This document shows positions 26,600 through 41,512 of a stretch of DNA of 64,000 nt, one piece after another; within the stretch, counting starts at the first letter, position 1, and every line of letters begins with the position of its first letter. The stretch is from Paraspadella gotoi (lineage: Eukaryota; Animalia; Chaetognatha): positions 614,721-678,720 of the forward strand of contig CM119271.1 in NCBI GenBank assembly GCA_051294375.1, read 5' to 3'. The translations under genes were made by a program, and so were the position numbers. Under the pieces are notes generated by a model that worked only from the letters and a program-made list of their open reading frames with translations, did not search any database and had not been told where the DNA came from.

Positions 26600-26760
26600 T
26601 ATTTTATCGAGCCATGACCGCGAAAGCCGGGTCAGGCTCTATAATGTTTAGTATTGCTTCTTTGGTGACGTAGTCGTCGTCGGTCGTCGTCGTCGGCGTC
26701 ACGGCTTTTTTGTATAAAAACACGCGCTTTTATAGTTTGGCTGGGACTTTACCGTTTTTT
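26600..26760 (+). mobile_element. End of a second HINE-like family (terminal hairpin plus (GTC)n tract)
   Basis: T run, then hairpin gagccatgacc-gcgaaagc-cgggtcaggctc, followed by a gtcgtcgtc microsatellite. Confidence 0.5.
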
Positions 26761-27379
26761 TTTAATAAAAATTATTATGAATTTTATAAAGTTTTACAAA
26801 AGTGTGCGGATCAATAGTAAGTTAAAATTAATAATGGCTTCTCAACCTTGAAATAGCTTTGATATTTTCCCTTATTCACAATTTGATTAAGTATTTTTGT
26901 TTGAATTCCACTTCATTAATGACTCTTGCTGGCAAATGCAAATGGATTATAGTAACTCATTATAATATCCCAAATTAAGTATATAGAAATGCTTAAGCTA
27001 ATTTACATATTGCAGTATATTAATATTGAAGATTGAAATTCAAAAAATTTTTTTAAATTTCTAATAAAATGGGAACTCAAAGGATTTTTTAATGAGAAGC
27101 TATATCTAATTTTAATACAAATAAAATAAAATCTTTTACAAGCTGCGATTGCAAAAAAATTGGAAAAGTTTCCAATTGTAACCATTGTAACATTTTTGCC
27201 TTTTCTTTTATTTATTTTTTAATTATATATATTTTTTTTAGGCGCTGCCTCTTTCTCTCTGTCTCTCTTTGTGTGCGATCTCTTGCATGATCGTTCGTTT
27301 TTTTGACAATTCTGATTATTTTTTCTTTTCTAAAAAACATATATATTTGATCAGGCGCTGCCTTTTCTGGATCGTTTTA

Positions 27380-27894
27380 AAACAAGTTTTGAGCAAAACA
27401 ATGTCGGATCTGCCTACGATAATTAATTAATTAATTGATTAATTAATTAATTAATAGATTAATTAATTAATTAATAGATTAATTAATAGATTAATTATAA
27501 TTTATATTCAGCTTGTCATCATCGATGTCCTTAAAATGAGTCAGGACAGTTATTAAATGTTGTTACATTTTATCAAAACAAACAAATATCCTCTATTATC
27601 GAGCAGGCGGGCAAAGCCGTTCCTGTCTCGATTTTTTTTCGGTTTAGCTTTCGGTCTCGCTTTTTTGCAATCATGGCTTCTGAAAGTGTGATATCATAGG
27701 GAGTTGAATTTTCATATATGGCTTCTAATCATCAAGATCTTTAAAATTCTCATGTTCATATCAATATTGGTATTTGTTTATGTTTTATTTACAAACAAAA
27801 ACGTTTTAATTAATGTCGCTCTCTCTCTCTCTCTTTTTCTCCGTCACTGCTTCTTCTAAAAACGAGTTCCGGCTCTGCAGCGTCCTGTCCAGCT

Positions 27895-27937
<43 letters not shown>

Positions 27938-28387
27938 TTACAAAACATTTTTTAGATTATAATGTGGGTTCACTAATGTAAAAAACGATGCCACGAACAG
28001 GGCGCGAACCCGGGTCCCTTTGGGTAGAGAATAGCTCACGCTACGTGCGGCGCCATAAGTACTGCTGATTCTTTAACGAGTAAAGGGGCTGTAGAGCTTC
28101 TCTCTCTCTCTCTCTTTTAAATTATTATATATCGCTCTTTCTCTTTCTCTTTTTCTCTGCAGCGGCTGTCTCTCTCCCTCTCTCTTTTTTCTCTTCTCTC
28201 TCTCTGTCTCTCTGTCTCTCTGTGTGTCTGTCCTATCTGTCCGATCTTTGCGTGATCGTTTGTTTTTTGAAAAAATTCTGATTATTTTTTTCCTTCTAAA
28301 AACTTTTTATTATTGCCATTTATTCCGCGCTTTTTTCATACAAAATCCATATTTTCATCCGAGATTTTCGGGATTTATTCTCTTCTT

Positions 28388-28425
<38 letters not shown>

Positions 28426-28440
28426 CTTTCTTTCTCTCTC

Positions 28441-28481
<41 letters not shown>

Positions 28482-28889
28482 ACTCATACACGCATTTGTT
28501 TGTTTTATTTGACTATCATCGCATCAATGAATGACAATCATCGCATCAATGAATGACAATCATCGCATCACTGAATGACTATCATCACAGCAGTGAATGA
28601 CTATCATCGCATCAATAATTGATTATCATCGAATCAATAATCAATCCTATTACATCAATAAATTACTATTACATCAATCAATTAGTATTACCTCAATCAT
28701 TAACTAGTACATCACATTCGTTATCGCATGATTCATTCGTTTTTTTCCCGGTTTTTTTCATTAATTTTCTATGATAGTGGGCTCTGGCTCGATCTTGAGT
28801 CTTTTAAGATTTTTTATTTTATGTCTCCTTCTCTCTCTCTCTCTCTCTCTCTCACTCTCTCTTTCTCTCTCACTCTCTCTCTCTCTCTC

Positions 28890-28930
<41 letters not shown>

Positions 28931-29152
28931 ATGCAATAGCGACGATCCTTATGCTTTTAAGATTTTTTTAACTTGCATCATTTTTTCAACTTGCATAATT
29001 TTTTTCAACTTGCATTCCGTCAAACTTTATATCTAGCTTCTTCACTCACTTTCCTACCGGCTCACAAAATTTCATCTCAATCTATTCATGGGTTAAAATA
29101 AATAAAAAGATTCAAGTAAATGTGACTCATATTTTTTTCATTTAAATCATTT
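27380..29152 (+). mobile_element. Left part of a long HINE (cleaner copy of 1300-3240) with (CT)n tracts
   Basis: Starts aacaagttttgagcaaaacaatgtcggatctgcctacgat and is colinear with 1330-3240. Confidence 0.75.
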
Positions 29153-29710
29153 CCGCCCGTCAAATTATCAACGTGGGACCCAACTACAATCTCCGCCCCG
29201 GTGAAGTTGACGGCATCCTTGAAGTAGAAGACATGAGAAAAAACAAAACCTGATTAAACAACGGGAAACCATTACCGGAAAATTGGAAAAGAACTTCAGT
29301 TTTGACGTTTAGGCAATGAAACCCTCAACAGGATTCGAGAAGAAGTAAAACAAATAACCGACTACAAAAATTTGGCAGTGCAGCACCAGAGGTTGAATCC
29401 AGAGCCAGAAATTCATAAAAATGTAGAACGCGGCGCGGATGCTTTATGCCAAAAGAGCTCCGCCCCCGCCAAATGTTGGTAAGGTGAGCGCAAGGCCATT
29501 GCCTCAATCAAGCGCAATCAGGAGATCATGGTTCATCCCGCGGACAAGGGAAGAGCTGCGGTAATCATGGGCGCCGCTTGAGGGAAGATCGGTGTACGCC
29601 AACCCAATTGGATGATATCATGGCACTGCTGCGGCTCGACCTGGAACTGGAGTACTTCAGGTTCGATGGCCAGTACTATGCCCAGCCTGGTGGCTTAGGG
29701 ATGGGCAAGT
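29153..29710 (+). mobile_element. Third, partial copy of the PLE (equivalent to 21120-21670), ending at a 25-N gap
   Basis: Near-identical sequence; encodes ADKG and YFRFDGQYYAQPGGLGMGK. Confidence 0.9.
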
Positions 29711-31269
29711 NNNNNNNNNNNNNNNNNNNNNNNNNGAGTCTCTCTTCTCTTTCTCTCTCTCTCTCTCACTCTCTCTTCACTCTCTCTCTCTGATTTCATC
29801 CTACTGCATCTGCTCATCCTCCTCATTCTTACTTAACTCTTTCTTACCATAGAAATGATTTGAATTTAGAATGCAATGTCTAATCAAGATAAACCAATCT
29901 CGATTATTTTGTAATAAAAACCTTTTTATGCAATCAGTAATTAGGAATTATTTGTTGGAAAAAAAATTGAGAAAAGTTAGGAGAAAAAAAATTAAGGAAA
30001 AGAAATTTTTTTTAACAAAATTTCTGAAAATTTAAAAAAATGGTCAAGAAGATCTCCAAATCTTTTGTCGAGATACACTCGGCATTGGCGAAAGAAATTA
30101 TACCCCGTTTATGCCGTGATGTTAGCCCGGGTAATTATTTAATAAATTAGTAGTGATGATAAATACATAAATCGTATTTAATTAATCTACATAATTATTA
30201 ATTAATAATGTAAATAACATCGAACATTATTGGAGCCTCAAATTGATTGAACAAAGATGACAACGACGACGATATAATGACGAAGACGACAACAAAGACT
30301 TTTGGTGACCCCGTTAGGTACAGTAGTGGTCAATGATAATGACTTGTTCTTACCCGACCTTGTTTATAGCTGACCTTTTTTCTGCCAATGTAAATACTAG
30401 GTTGGTTGTTATTATTTTTTCATTTTTGCTTTTTTACCTGTTTTTGATAATACCAGTTTTTTTTTAATCACAAAAAACACTTCCTCAAATTTTTCTATAA
30501 ATTTTTGTCTTTGAGTCACCGCAAATCATTATAAAAAATTTCAATGTAATTAATTAAATAATTAATTGATGGGCGATCACGAAAATGATAACACCGACGA
30601 TGGGACAAAATTGATTTGATGCTTAATCTTTTTTCTTTTGATTGATTGATTGAATATTTGATCAATTGATTGAAATAATTAATTAACTGATCATTCTGCA
30701 TGTTAGCCTCAAACTTGTTTGTTTTTATCATCTTTTTCATTAGACCAAAAGAAATGACGACCATGATGATGATTATGACGACGAAATAACACCATATGAT
30801 TAATTGAATGATGATTGATCATTAAATGAGAATTCAATATCAGGCCGTTGTTTTTAGATCTTTTTGTCTGCTCACTTGACCAGGCAAAAAGCAACAACCC
30901 GACGTTGAGATGACGACATGATACACACTGACATTGTTTGATTAGATTGGTGCTTTTAATAATTTATGATTAAATAAATTAATTATTTATGAGTTGATAA
31001 ATTAAATTGATTAATTAATTAGATGATGATTAAAAATTGACTCTTTAATTTTTGATTGATTATTGATTAAGTTAATGGATTGATTGATTAATTAATTGAT
31101 TAATGGAAATAATTAATGCAGCTTGTATTTACATTTTAATAAAAAAGAAAAAAAGCAATAGGAAAAAACAGGGTTTTTTGTTTTTTTTCATTTAAACTCA
31201 TTTCCACTCGAACGATTTCTTACAATTCTTACAAACTACAATTTTTCATAGTAAAATTCACTTGTTAAT

Positions 31270-34200
31270 TGTTAGCAAAAAAGATGATTAAAATTATTCT
31301 ACCAATGAATTTTTATCGTCTAAGAGAATACTTTTATAAATAATAACAAATGTAAAATTTCTAAAAAGGAAGCGATATGCACCAGTAACCGAAAGCAATC
31401 CGCGGGCTAAAAAAGTAAGGATTGCGCCCGAAAATGGGAGCGGGAGGGGTCTTGGGAAGCGCCGGATTGGCCATAGCGGCGAAAAAATCGATCGCTTTCC
31501 ACATCTCTGTGTTTTGATGCTCCCGCGAAGCCAGGCGCAGCTCCTCCATCACTGGTTGGCAGAAACATGGGAGGATTGCTATAATTTTGGCTCAACCTCA
31601 AGCACTGAGATCATGTTTCACTTCTAAGGAAATTCTGAGCCCCCTTCTTTCCGAACCCGGATATTGTTGTCATACTTCTTCATGAGAATGAAGAAACAGT
31701 AAAGAAGGCCTCTGAGGAACTCCTCAAAGTATCGTTGGAAAAGGCGCGGATTGCAGCAAAAGTGGGTTTGAAAACAGTGACGAGCTGTTACGGCAAACAG
31801 ACACAAAACATCTCAAGTGACTATTTAGCTCAAACCTCGCTTCCACTGCCTTCTCCTCGCTCTCGAGAACGCCATCCAGGCAACGCCATCCGTCCAATTC
31901 ACCTCCACACCAACTATCCGTCTTAGCAAAGCTCGATTCGTCTAAACTCGTGGCCCTCCAACAACCTCCAACAGCTAGATTGGACTACAAAACGAAAATG
32001 GAAAAACCGACCGGAAGGATAGCGATGGAAAATTCCATAGGACCCGGACCCTGGAGTCAGTGGACCTTCAGTGAAAACCCGCAACTCCGTGGAATCTTCC
32101 AGAGAGAGAGACATGGCCGCCCAGGCCCTTCCGCCCTGGACACAGTCCAACAGGCCCCTCTGCTTCTGAAACATGGCCCATTGGCCAATCCCGGCCAGTT
32201 TCTGGAGTTGGATGAGGCCACAAGTATCGAATTTGATAACAGCTCCGGATCAGAAAGGGAACTGCCCCCCCACATCGCTGTATACATTCGAGGATGCGGG
32301 CGAGGGCGCGGCGGATCCCAATTTTTAACATCTGCAAGATCATGAAAAGGGCTTCCCACCTCGCCCGTCAAATATCAACGTGGGACCCCAACTACCCAAT
32401 CTTCCGCCCCGGTTGAAGTTGACGGCATCCTTGAAGCTAGAAGGACATGAGAAAAAAACAAAAACCTGATTAAACAAACGGAACCAATTACCGGAAAATG
32501 GGAAAAGCAACTTCAGTTTTTGAACGTTTAGGCAATGAAACCCTCAACAGGATTCGAGAAGAAGTAAAACAAAATAAACCGACTACAAAAAAATTTCGGC
32601 AGTGGCAGCACCATGAGGTTGTAATTTCCTCAGAGCCAGAAATTCATAAAACTGGTAGAACGCGGGCGCGGGCATGCTATTGTTTGCCAAAGAGCTCCGC
32701 CCCCGCCAAAATGTTGGTAAGGTTGAGCGCAAGGGCCATTGCCCTCACTCAAGCCAATCAGGAGATCATGGTTCTATCCCCCGCGGACAAGGGAAGAGTT
32801 GCGGTAATCATGGGCGCCGCTTGAGGGAAATCCGGTGGTACGCCATACCCAATTGGGATGATATCATAGGGCCACTCTTTGACTGCGGCTCCCCTGAACT
32901 GCGTGAGTCTACTTCAAGGTTCGATTGGCCCATTTCTATGCCCAGCTGGTGGCTTAGGATGGGCAAGTCAACATCAAGTCCTCTGGCCCAGGATTTTTAT
33001 ATGGAAGGGACTATGAGTGGAAGCTTTGGCCTTTTGATTGTTGCATTTGGCAGAGTCAGTCCTTTCTGAGTTATTCAGAAAGGCAGATGCATACTATACT
33101 GGCCGTGAGCCATAGGACCTCCTCAAGACCTCTTAATCACTTGCAGACCCAGCATTACATTGCGAGAATCAAGTGGACATGTGAGAAGGAGGTGAATGGG
33201 TTAATTCCAATGATCTATGTGCTAATTCAGCGCAAAGAGGGTGGCTTATTGAAATTTTCAGTCTACTGCAAACCGACCCACACCGATCAGTACATTTCCT
33301 TTGACTCTCATGCCCCCTTATCCCACAAGTTCGCCATGGTCAGAGCCCTTACCAGAAGAGCTCAGCCGATTCTGTCGACCCCCGAGCTTCAGGCCGCCGA
33401 GCTTGAGCACATCAAAAGAGCCTTGGCGATCAATGGATACCCTCTGTGAGCCTTCGAGAAGGCTAGGTATCGGCCGCGCCTGGCTGAGGGCAGTGGCCAA
33501 CCAGGGGCTGCCCAAGTAACCGCTGACGCAGTTTCTTCCTCCGCCCCCCAGGAGGAAGAAAGGGTGATTGCTGCTGAAGAGCCTACCGCGCCCACCACAG
33601 CGCATCAGGAAGATAAGCGCCCTAAGAACGTGGGTCACCTGTCCCTCCCCTTCCACCAGGGGATCACTGAAGCATTGGTGCGGGTGCTGGCAAAGCAGGG
33701 AATCTCCACCTCAGTGACGACCCGTGGCTCTCTATGTGAGCATTTCGTGAAACCGAAAGATAAAATTCCCAGACCAAAAACATCAGGAGCCGTCTAGTGG
33801 GCGGCCTGTGCAGGGGAGGGCAACCAAGCCTGCACAGCAGCATACGTGGGCGAGACAGGCAAGTCTCTGACAGATCGATTCCAGCAACAAACAAAGCCTT
33901 ATCGTGATGCCCGAGGTCACTACTTGTCAGCAATTGCCGAACACTCGGCAAATACAGGCCATCTGTTCAGAGAATTAGACGGTCTTGTGCTGTCCCATGA
34001 CCCGAACTGGTTCTCAAGAGGTATTAGAGGGCCAGTCTACATCAAAGCTCTCGAGCCCTCTTTGAACCGTGATGGAGGACGATTCAATCTCCCTCCAAGC
34101 TATGATTCGCTTATCAAAAGCGTGGTGAAGTCCCCGCCTCCACCACCTCTGTACAATGACTCCCCTACCTCCACTCAACGAGGCAGGCAGAGACCCTTTC

Positions 34201-34530
34201 GCAGCCAATGGACAGGTGATGCCTCTCCTTCAAATGCAGCAACTCAGTCCCTCTCTCTGTGGACTGAGCGTCGCCCAAAACGACGGCTGCAGGAGGAGGG
34301 AGAGGAGTCCACCACTCCTGCCGCGAAAGCAGCAAGAACGGACACCCACCCATCTCACCAGCAGGCGAGAAGAGTGCAGTCAGCAAGCGTAACAGGCCAG
34401 AGAGACATAAGAATAGCACTAGGAATGTTCCCGCAAGGAGCAATCCCCAGCCCGGCACTTACCAGCTCAGTAACACTCTCCTCTCAATCATTGACATGCT
34501 AATGACCTGACCACATCGTCCTTGTTTCTC
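31270..34530 (+). mobile_element. Second copy of the Penelope-like element
   Basis: ORFs 33087-33449 (RT thumb), 33564-33797 (linker) and 33846-34502 (GIY-YIG plus low-complexity tail). Confidence 0.92.
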
Positions 34531-36299
34531 CTTTGCTCCACCAAGGGGGGCCAGCTCATTTTGAGTTCTATCTTATCTCTTATATTTCATCTTTTCTTTA
34601 ACTTAACTTCCTGTTAGAAATGATTTTAATATCAAACAAATTCTCTTCGTGAATATCTTGAATCACGTAATTGGTTTTATGTCTCAACTTTAATGATTTT
34701 TATATTATCTTACTCTCATTGGTCGATTTTCTAATCCAATAGTAGTTAGGAGTCTACGTCGTTCTTAGAGATCGAGGAAGACTTTTCAATGGAGATTTTC
34801 GTTCAAATCTGGACTACACAAACAATATAAACGCCCTGGTAAAAATTCTGAAAATATCAATGTAAAACACTGATTCCGATCCTGTGCATCTGAAGGCTCG
34901 CATTTTTTTCTCTTGTCAAATCATCATCATTTGATATCAAACACAAGCCAGAACAAATGACTAATCCCTGGACAAAAATTTTCCATCTCTGATTTTATAT
35001 AGAAATGAAAGGGATTTTTTTTCTTTGAAAACGATATAACGTGATGAGGTATGTCCTGTTCACAAATGGTCCAAATTTTGAATCGCTTTGGCAAGTGTCT
35101 GAAGGGCTCTCAAAATTTTCTTTACATTTTAATTTGGTTATTTTGATATGATACGATCATGGTAAAGTGAATTAGTCTATTTTGGTGAAATTTTATTTAA
35201 AGTAAAAGTAAAAGAGATCTAACGATCGAATTCTAAGAGTTTTCAGGGGAGTCAGATTCGGCATCTTTCTATGGCGAAATCTTCCAAAGAAGGGTGAATT
35301 TTCCGAAGATTTTGGTTAATATTTCCCTTATAATTTATTGTCCCCCCCCCGGATTTTTTTGAAACAACTTAATATAACAAATTGCCATCATTCTAATCTT
35401 GGCCGGTATAAGAGATATATAATAAAACTCGGGCTTTGTTCGTCAGACGCTTAGTCCATATAGTTTATGATTGATTCTCAATATTTTAAAAGAAGATCTC
35501 TCTCTTCTCATGGTCCATGTAAAATTTAGTCTTTGTATAAAGAAGGAAACTTTATTTTTGAAGAGATTGCCCTGGGACCATAAGGTAAATGATTGATTTA
35601 CTAAGATTATTAAATAGTGAAATTAGTATTAATAAATGGTTATTTTTTGTAGCTTTTGAGCTTCCACAGCTCTTTCCAATGGCTCTTCTAGCTCTTCCAA
35701 TGGCTCTACTGATTGCTATTTCGATTGTCCTTATAACTGTCAACTGAATTACAACTAACTTCAATTAATACTACTAATGGCGTTACGGTTATTGATGAGT
35801 CAACAAATAGAGAAATTAATATGAAGATGCTCAATTGTGTTCCCAAGTCCGTAAGGAAATGTGCAATCTCTAACAATCCCTAACAAATGTAATTTTTTCA
35901 CATTTCACATTTCAAATTCTATATTTCATTTAATTTATTATTTAGCAAATTGTTATTTCACTATTATTCGCTTTAAAATCTTATATCTTTGTTGTACATT
36001 GCACAAATGTATCATATTACCTCTTTCTCCTTCTCCCCCTATCTCTCTCTCTTTCTTTAAAAACTTATATCTTTGTTGTACATTGCACAAATGTATCAAT
36101 ATTACCTCTCTCTCTCACTCTCTCCCTGTTTGACCATTTCACTTTCTTTTCAAAAACTCACTCAATCTGTCCTTGCCTTCACCTGTCCTCACCTCTGACC
36201 ACTATTCTGTCTCACCACTTTTTGGAAACTTTACCTTTTTCTCTCTCTCTCTCTCTCTCTCACACATTTACTTTTGCAAAAGTTTTTTGATAGTCTGTC

Positions 36300-36344
36300 A
36301 AACACTGATGAAGGCTCGAAACAAGAGTCGAAACATGTCTGTTT
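36300..36344 (+). ncRNA. Minimal hammerhead ribozyme (duplicate of 25428-25471)
   Basis: aaaca-CTGATGA-a-ggctc(gaaacaa)gagtc-GAAA-catg-TC-tgttt. Confidence 0.85.
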
Positions 36345-38950
36345 TAATATTGAATAAAAATCGTTGGAGTAAACAAACTCTAAACTTTGTTTTCCGCTAA
36401 AATAAAAAAAATGAAAAAACCTGTTTCCCTTTTTGCTTTGTAAATAAAGCTGCATTAATTAATCAATTAATTAATCTCAATCAATCAATAATCAACTAAT
36501 CAATCAAAAATAATGAATCAATTTTTTTATCAATCAATTAATTAATCAATTAATTTATCCATCAACTAATTAATCAATTTATTTATCAATAAATTAATTA
36601 AAAAGAACCAATTAATTAATTAATCAATCAATTAATCAATCAATTAAACAATGTCAGTTGTTATCATTGTCGTCATCTCCAACATCGTTGTGCTTTTGTC
36701 CTGGTCAGTGACCTGATAAAGACCTAAAAACTAACAGGCCTGATATGAATTCATTAAATTGATCAAAATCAATCATTCAATTAATCATGACGGTGTTATC
36801 CTCATCGTCATCATCATCATCATCATGATCGTCATTTCTTTTGTCATAATGAAAAGACAAAAAAACAAAAAAACAAAAAATGCCAGAACTGATCAGTTAA
36901 TTAATTATTCAATCAATTAATCAAATATTCAATCAATCAATCAAAAAATTAAGCAATCAATTAATTTGTCATCGTCGGTGTTATCATTGTTGTGGTCGCC
37001 ATCATTAATTATTTAATTAATTAATTAAAAAATTTTAATAATGTTTGTGGTGACTCAAAACAGGAATTTATAAAAAAATTTGAGGGTGTGTTTTTTGTGA
37101 TAAAGAAAAACTGGTATTATCAAAAACAGTAAAAAAGCAAAAATGATAAAAATAATAACAACAACAACTAGTATTTACATTGGCTGAGAAAAAGGTCAGC
37201 TATAACAAGGTCGGGTAAGAACAGGTCATTCTTATTGACCACTACTGTACTACGGGTCACAAAGTACAAAGACTGTCATTGTATTCGTCGTTGTTCAAAT
37301 CATTTGAGCTCCCAAATGTTCCATGTTATTCTTTTAATTAATATGTAATTAATTAAATAATTTATTATTTTTCAACTAATTGATTAATTAATTAATTACC
37401 GCTAATGATCGTGGACAGATCTGGCATTGCTCAAACTTGTTTATTAATAATTTTGATTTATTTATTATAGAGAGAGATTTAAGCTCTACAGAATCATATT
37501 AAAAATTGAAAAATTAAAAAAATTTTTATAGTATTAGGAAGCCGCTATAGAAAAAGAAGCCAGTGACTTTTTTCTTATATTTTTATATCGATAGAGGTGG
37601 AATGACCGGGAATATTGTAAATCTCAAGTTTCGCTTTAATCGGACCTCACATTGTGGAGAAATCTTAGGAAACCCATCAAAATTCCACCCTTTTTTTTTT
37701 CAACATTCTCGCCTTTTAGAGATTTTTGCCGATTCTGACTTCCTCTTACAAACTTATAATTCCGCTAGTTAATTTTTTTTTCTTAAACGACGCGAAGGGA
37801 ATCTACAACTTTCTGTTATTTTATGATTTCTGGGTAAAAAATAATAATAAATTACATTAACATTGGGATATTATGAAAGTATAATGTCTTGTGAAGCCTG
37901 TGAGAGTTAAATAATTAAAAAATTCGCCTATTTATTATTGAAAAATGACAGTAAAGTGAAGAAGTTGAATGTCTTCCGGCTCATTTCAGTAAACATCCTC
38001 TGTTTCTAGCATAAAATAATGTTTACTTTTTGCTGGTGGAAAAGAAAGATAAATACTTAGCTGTGATGAGGTGAATAATATTTGTAAGATTTTGTAAGCA
38101 TGCTTGAAAATCAGACAAGCAAATATTTAAGTAACAAAAAATTCACATTTTCTTTATCCAAAAAACTTTAAAGTTTTACTAGAGTACAATTTAGCCTTTT
38201 TTCTTTCAGAATCATAAAATAATTAAATTTTCATTTATCTTATGGGTGTCATTAGTTTTTAAAATTCATTATAATTTTGACTTAGTTTGACACTCACCCT
38301 GTAAGGAGGTTCAGCATAAGTAATTCTAAAATTGTATCTTGTATGTGCCCTATGATTATGGCTTCATTTTGGTACTATTACCATCCCTTTATCTTTATTC
38401 CTTCAAAAGATATTAGGAAAAATCTGTTTTTTTTCAACCTTCCTTTAATTTCTTTTTAAATAAAAATTTCGCGATTCAAACCGGACTATTTCATTTAAAC
38501 CTGATCATTTATGTCAAAATCATTTTATAAAATGAAAAAAGAAAAATAGGACAAGCTCTTCAGACACAAAGCTATCAGAATCGCGAAATTCGAAGTCGCT
38601 CATGTAACAGGAACATATAGCAATCCCGTTTGCAATTTTAAGTTTGTAAACTTCCCTTCATTTCTATAGTAAAATGAGGTTTGAAAATTCTCCGGAGATG
38701 AGTAGTGCATTTCCCCTGACTTGTTTGATATTAAATCCTTTATCAAATGCCATAAAATGAATAGGACAAGCTCTTCAGATGTAACACTCTCGGAATCGTG
38801 TGTTTTTACAAGTAGTTTTTTTAACCGAATTTCTGGCAAACGCGTTTGCAATTTGGTAGTCAGATTTGAACGGAATTCTCTATTAGAAAATGTTGAATTT
38901 TTTTTTAAGCGAGATTCTCGTCTGANNNNNNNNNNNNNNNNNNNNNNNNN

Positions 38951-39680
38951 TTATATGTATTTTTTTTATTTGCTTTTTGTTCAGTGCGAGAGGGGAAAAA
39001 AAAAAAGAGAGTATGTTAGAGAATATAACGTATGTATAAGCACCATATTATGCAATATTGCCAATAAAGCAGATCAATCCTTTTGGTACAAACTTGTTTG
39101 TAACATCAAAAACCTTATGGATTTTAAAAAAAGTAGACTTAAATTTAAAGAAAGACAACAAAAAATATTAGAAATAAAATTTTTAGTTTTAATAAAATTT
39201 TAAAAAGTTTAATTTATATTTTAATTTAACTTATAATTACAGTTTTTTTTTTAGATGAAAAAATTATTTTGTTCAGCTCAGATTTTATTTCAATATATTA
39301 AAAAGATAATTAAAAAAATAAATATGTAATTTTTTTCATAGATTCTCAACCAAAGAGGAAGAGAAAACAAAAGAAAACCAAAAAATAAAAGAAGAGAATA
39401 AGAAAAAGTGATAAAAAAATTAAGAGCAAACAATTTAAATGTTGAAATAAATATTGAAAAAAGATTTTAAAAAAGAAAAATCAAGAAAAAGCAGGGGTTG
39501 CAAAGAGTATAATACATTAAATACCTTTTATTTCTAACCAATAAAAACAAATGATCAGGGAAGCGAACACGCAGGGTTATTATAGCTTCCGGGTTCAATC
39601 CTTTATTCTGAATTTTTCTATCGCTCCCGGTTTCGGGTTCTTCAAAAATCGGCCGCTTCCACAGTGTTCGCTTCGCTTTT
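38951..39680 (-). repeat. Inverted, diverged copy of 17440-18180
   Basis: gcgaacactgtggaagcggccgatttttgaagaacccgaaaccggg is present in both orientations. Confidence 0.9.
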
Positions 39681-41512
39681 CCGGATTGCTCCACAATCTC
39701 TGCTTTCAAGCTTGAAAAGTTAAATAAAAATTAGTACCTACAATTTTGCTAAAATTTTTGATAATAAATTTATTACAACAATAAAAACCTTTAAAAATAA
39801 TCTATTATCATCGGAGGCTGAATTTCACTGTTTTTTAAATTTTTTTTTAATAAAACAAAAAAATTTTAAAAAGTCTCGTACACCTTTATCAACTTTTTAA
39901 AGCTCTACAGAATCTATTAAAAAAAATTGAAAAATTAAAAAAAATTGTTATAGTAATAAAATAATCTTTAAATGCTTCGTGCGTTAATCAATAAAACAAT
40001 TTTAAAAATTATTTTTATTTTCATATTCTCTCACAGTTACTTAACCATTATTTATTTGAGAGAACTTTCTACGTTTTCAACCTGCTTCCGGCCTACTTAG
40101 TTTACATGGTGACATTTTACAAGCGGCGGTAAAAAAAAACGCTGTCATTTGCAAACCAGTGGTTAAAATAATTAAAGTCATTTATGTGCTTCAAATTATA
40201 TATTGATCGGTTAAAAAATACCTTGACAATGAGTGGAGAAGTGGGCTTTTTAAAATCTGGTTTCATTTTCAAACTCACTGTTTTTTTAAACAAAGTATTT
40301 TTTAAGATATTAACAATATTAATATCCTCAGAAAGCTCTTAAAAATATGACAGAGAATGATATACTTACGAAAAGCTCTCAACATAAAAATTAAGCTACC
40401 CAGCCTTGTTTGAATTAAGAGAGGTCCAAAAGTAAATATTTAAAATTTTAAATCATTTATAAAAATATATGACCTGTTTAAATTATTATAACATAAAATA
40501 TTATTATTTATGTAAGTATCATGAAAGAGCCTGAGAAAAAACAGATTTAAGATAACCAATCACAATTTGATAAATATCTCAGAAGAGTTTGAAATTAATT
40601 TTCAACAATCAATTATTTTTATTAATAACGGACATGTGTTTTACGGGCTTGTAACTAGCAACGAAACGAAAGGATTACACCACGAGAAAAATCTTAAATT
40701 TACCCTCCAGCATTTAACTTTAGGAAAGATTTTTTTTTTAGTATCCAATTAAATTAAAAGCTGGGCCGACTTAAATCTTATACTACAGTATTCATTAGAG
40801 TGATGTGAAAAATGATAAATTTTCAAAAAATTAAAATTTAGCATATAAAACATGAAAAAAAAACCATAAAATATTTTGGTAAATTATTTTTTTAATTTTA
40901 TACATTAGTAGGACCAGTGAGCTATATTTATATATAGTAATAAATATATATAATATATAAGTATATAATAAGTTAAATTGCAAATTGCAAAATTTTTAAA
41001 TTTTAAGATCGGATTTGGATTCCTTGCAAAAAAGTTTTATATCAGAAAAGTATAATTTTTTTTTATTAAAAATTTTTTCATTAAGTTGGTTAAAAATATA
41101 AAAAACTATATTTAAAACATCAATTTTTAATTTCGTTTTTATAATTTAACCTAATAATTTTGAAAAAAGATTTATATTTTTCTTTTATCAACTTTTAACG
41201 ATGAACCCTGAATCTGTTCTCAGAATTTTAAAAAAAATATATTTTTGAAATCTTAACATACATAAGGGTAGTATTATATACAAAATAACGCTGACTGGGC
41301 TACTATACTTTGTAAAAAAAAATAATTACAGATTAATATTCCACTAAATAATAGTTTTCAAGATATAAAACTGCTAAATTTTGATTCCAAACTTTCACTT
41401 CACCCTAGTATTCATAAGTACGTCATTTCCTCTTAATAAGGGGTAGTGAAAAGATGGGAGATTAAAATTCAAATAGTTGTTCATCGAACAGGTTTATGTA
41501 CTAATGAACAAT

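Larger units (their letters stand above)
29735..37465 (+). repeat. Direct duplicate of ~18620-26590, probably redundant assembly or an alternative haplotype
   Basis: Colinear identity with insertion-type errors that decrease away from the gap. Confidence 0.88.

Noticed and set aside
33447-33449. In-frame TGA in the PLE ORF as selenocysteine (as in Naiad PLEs)
   Set aside because: The element also has a TAG in the GIY motif and a large RT deletion; CGA-to-TGA decay is simpler and no SECIS was recognised.
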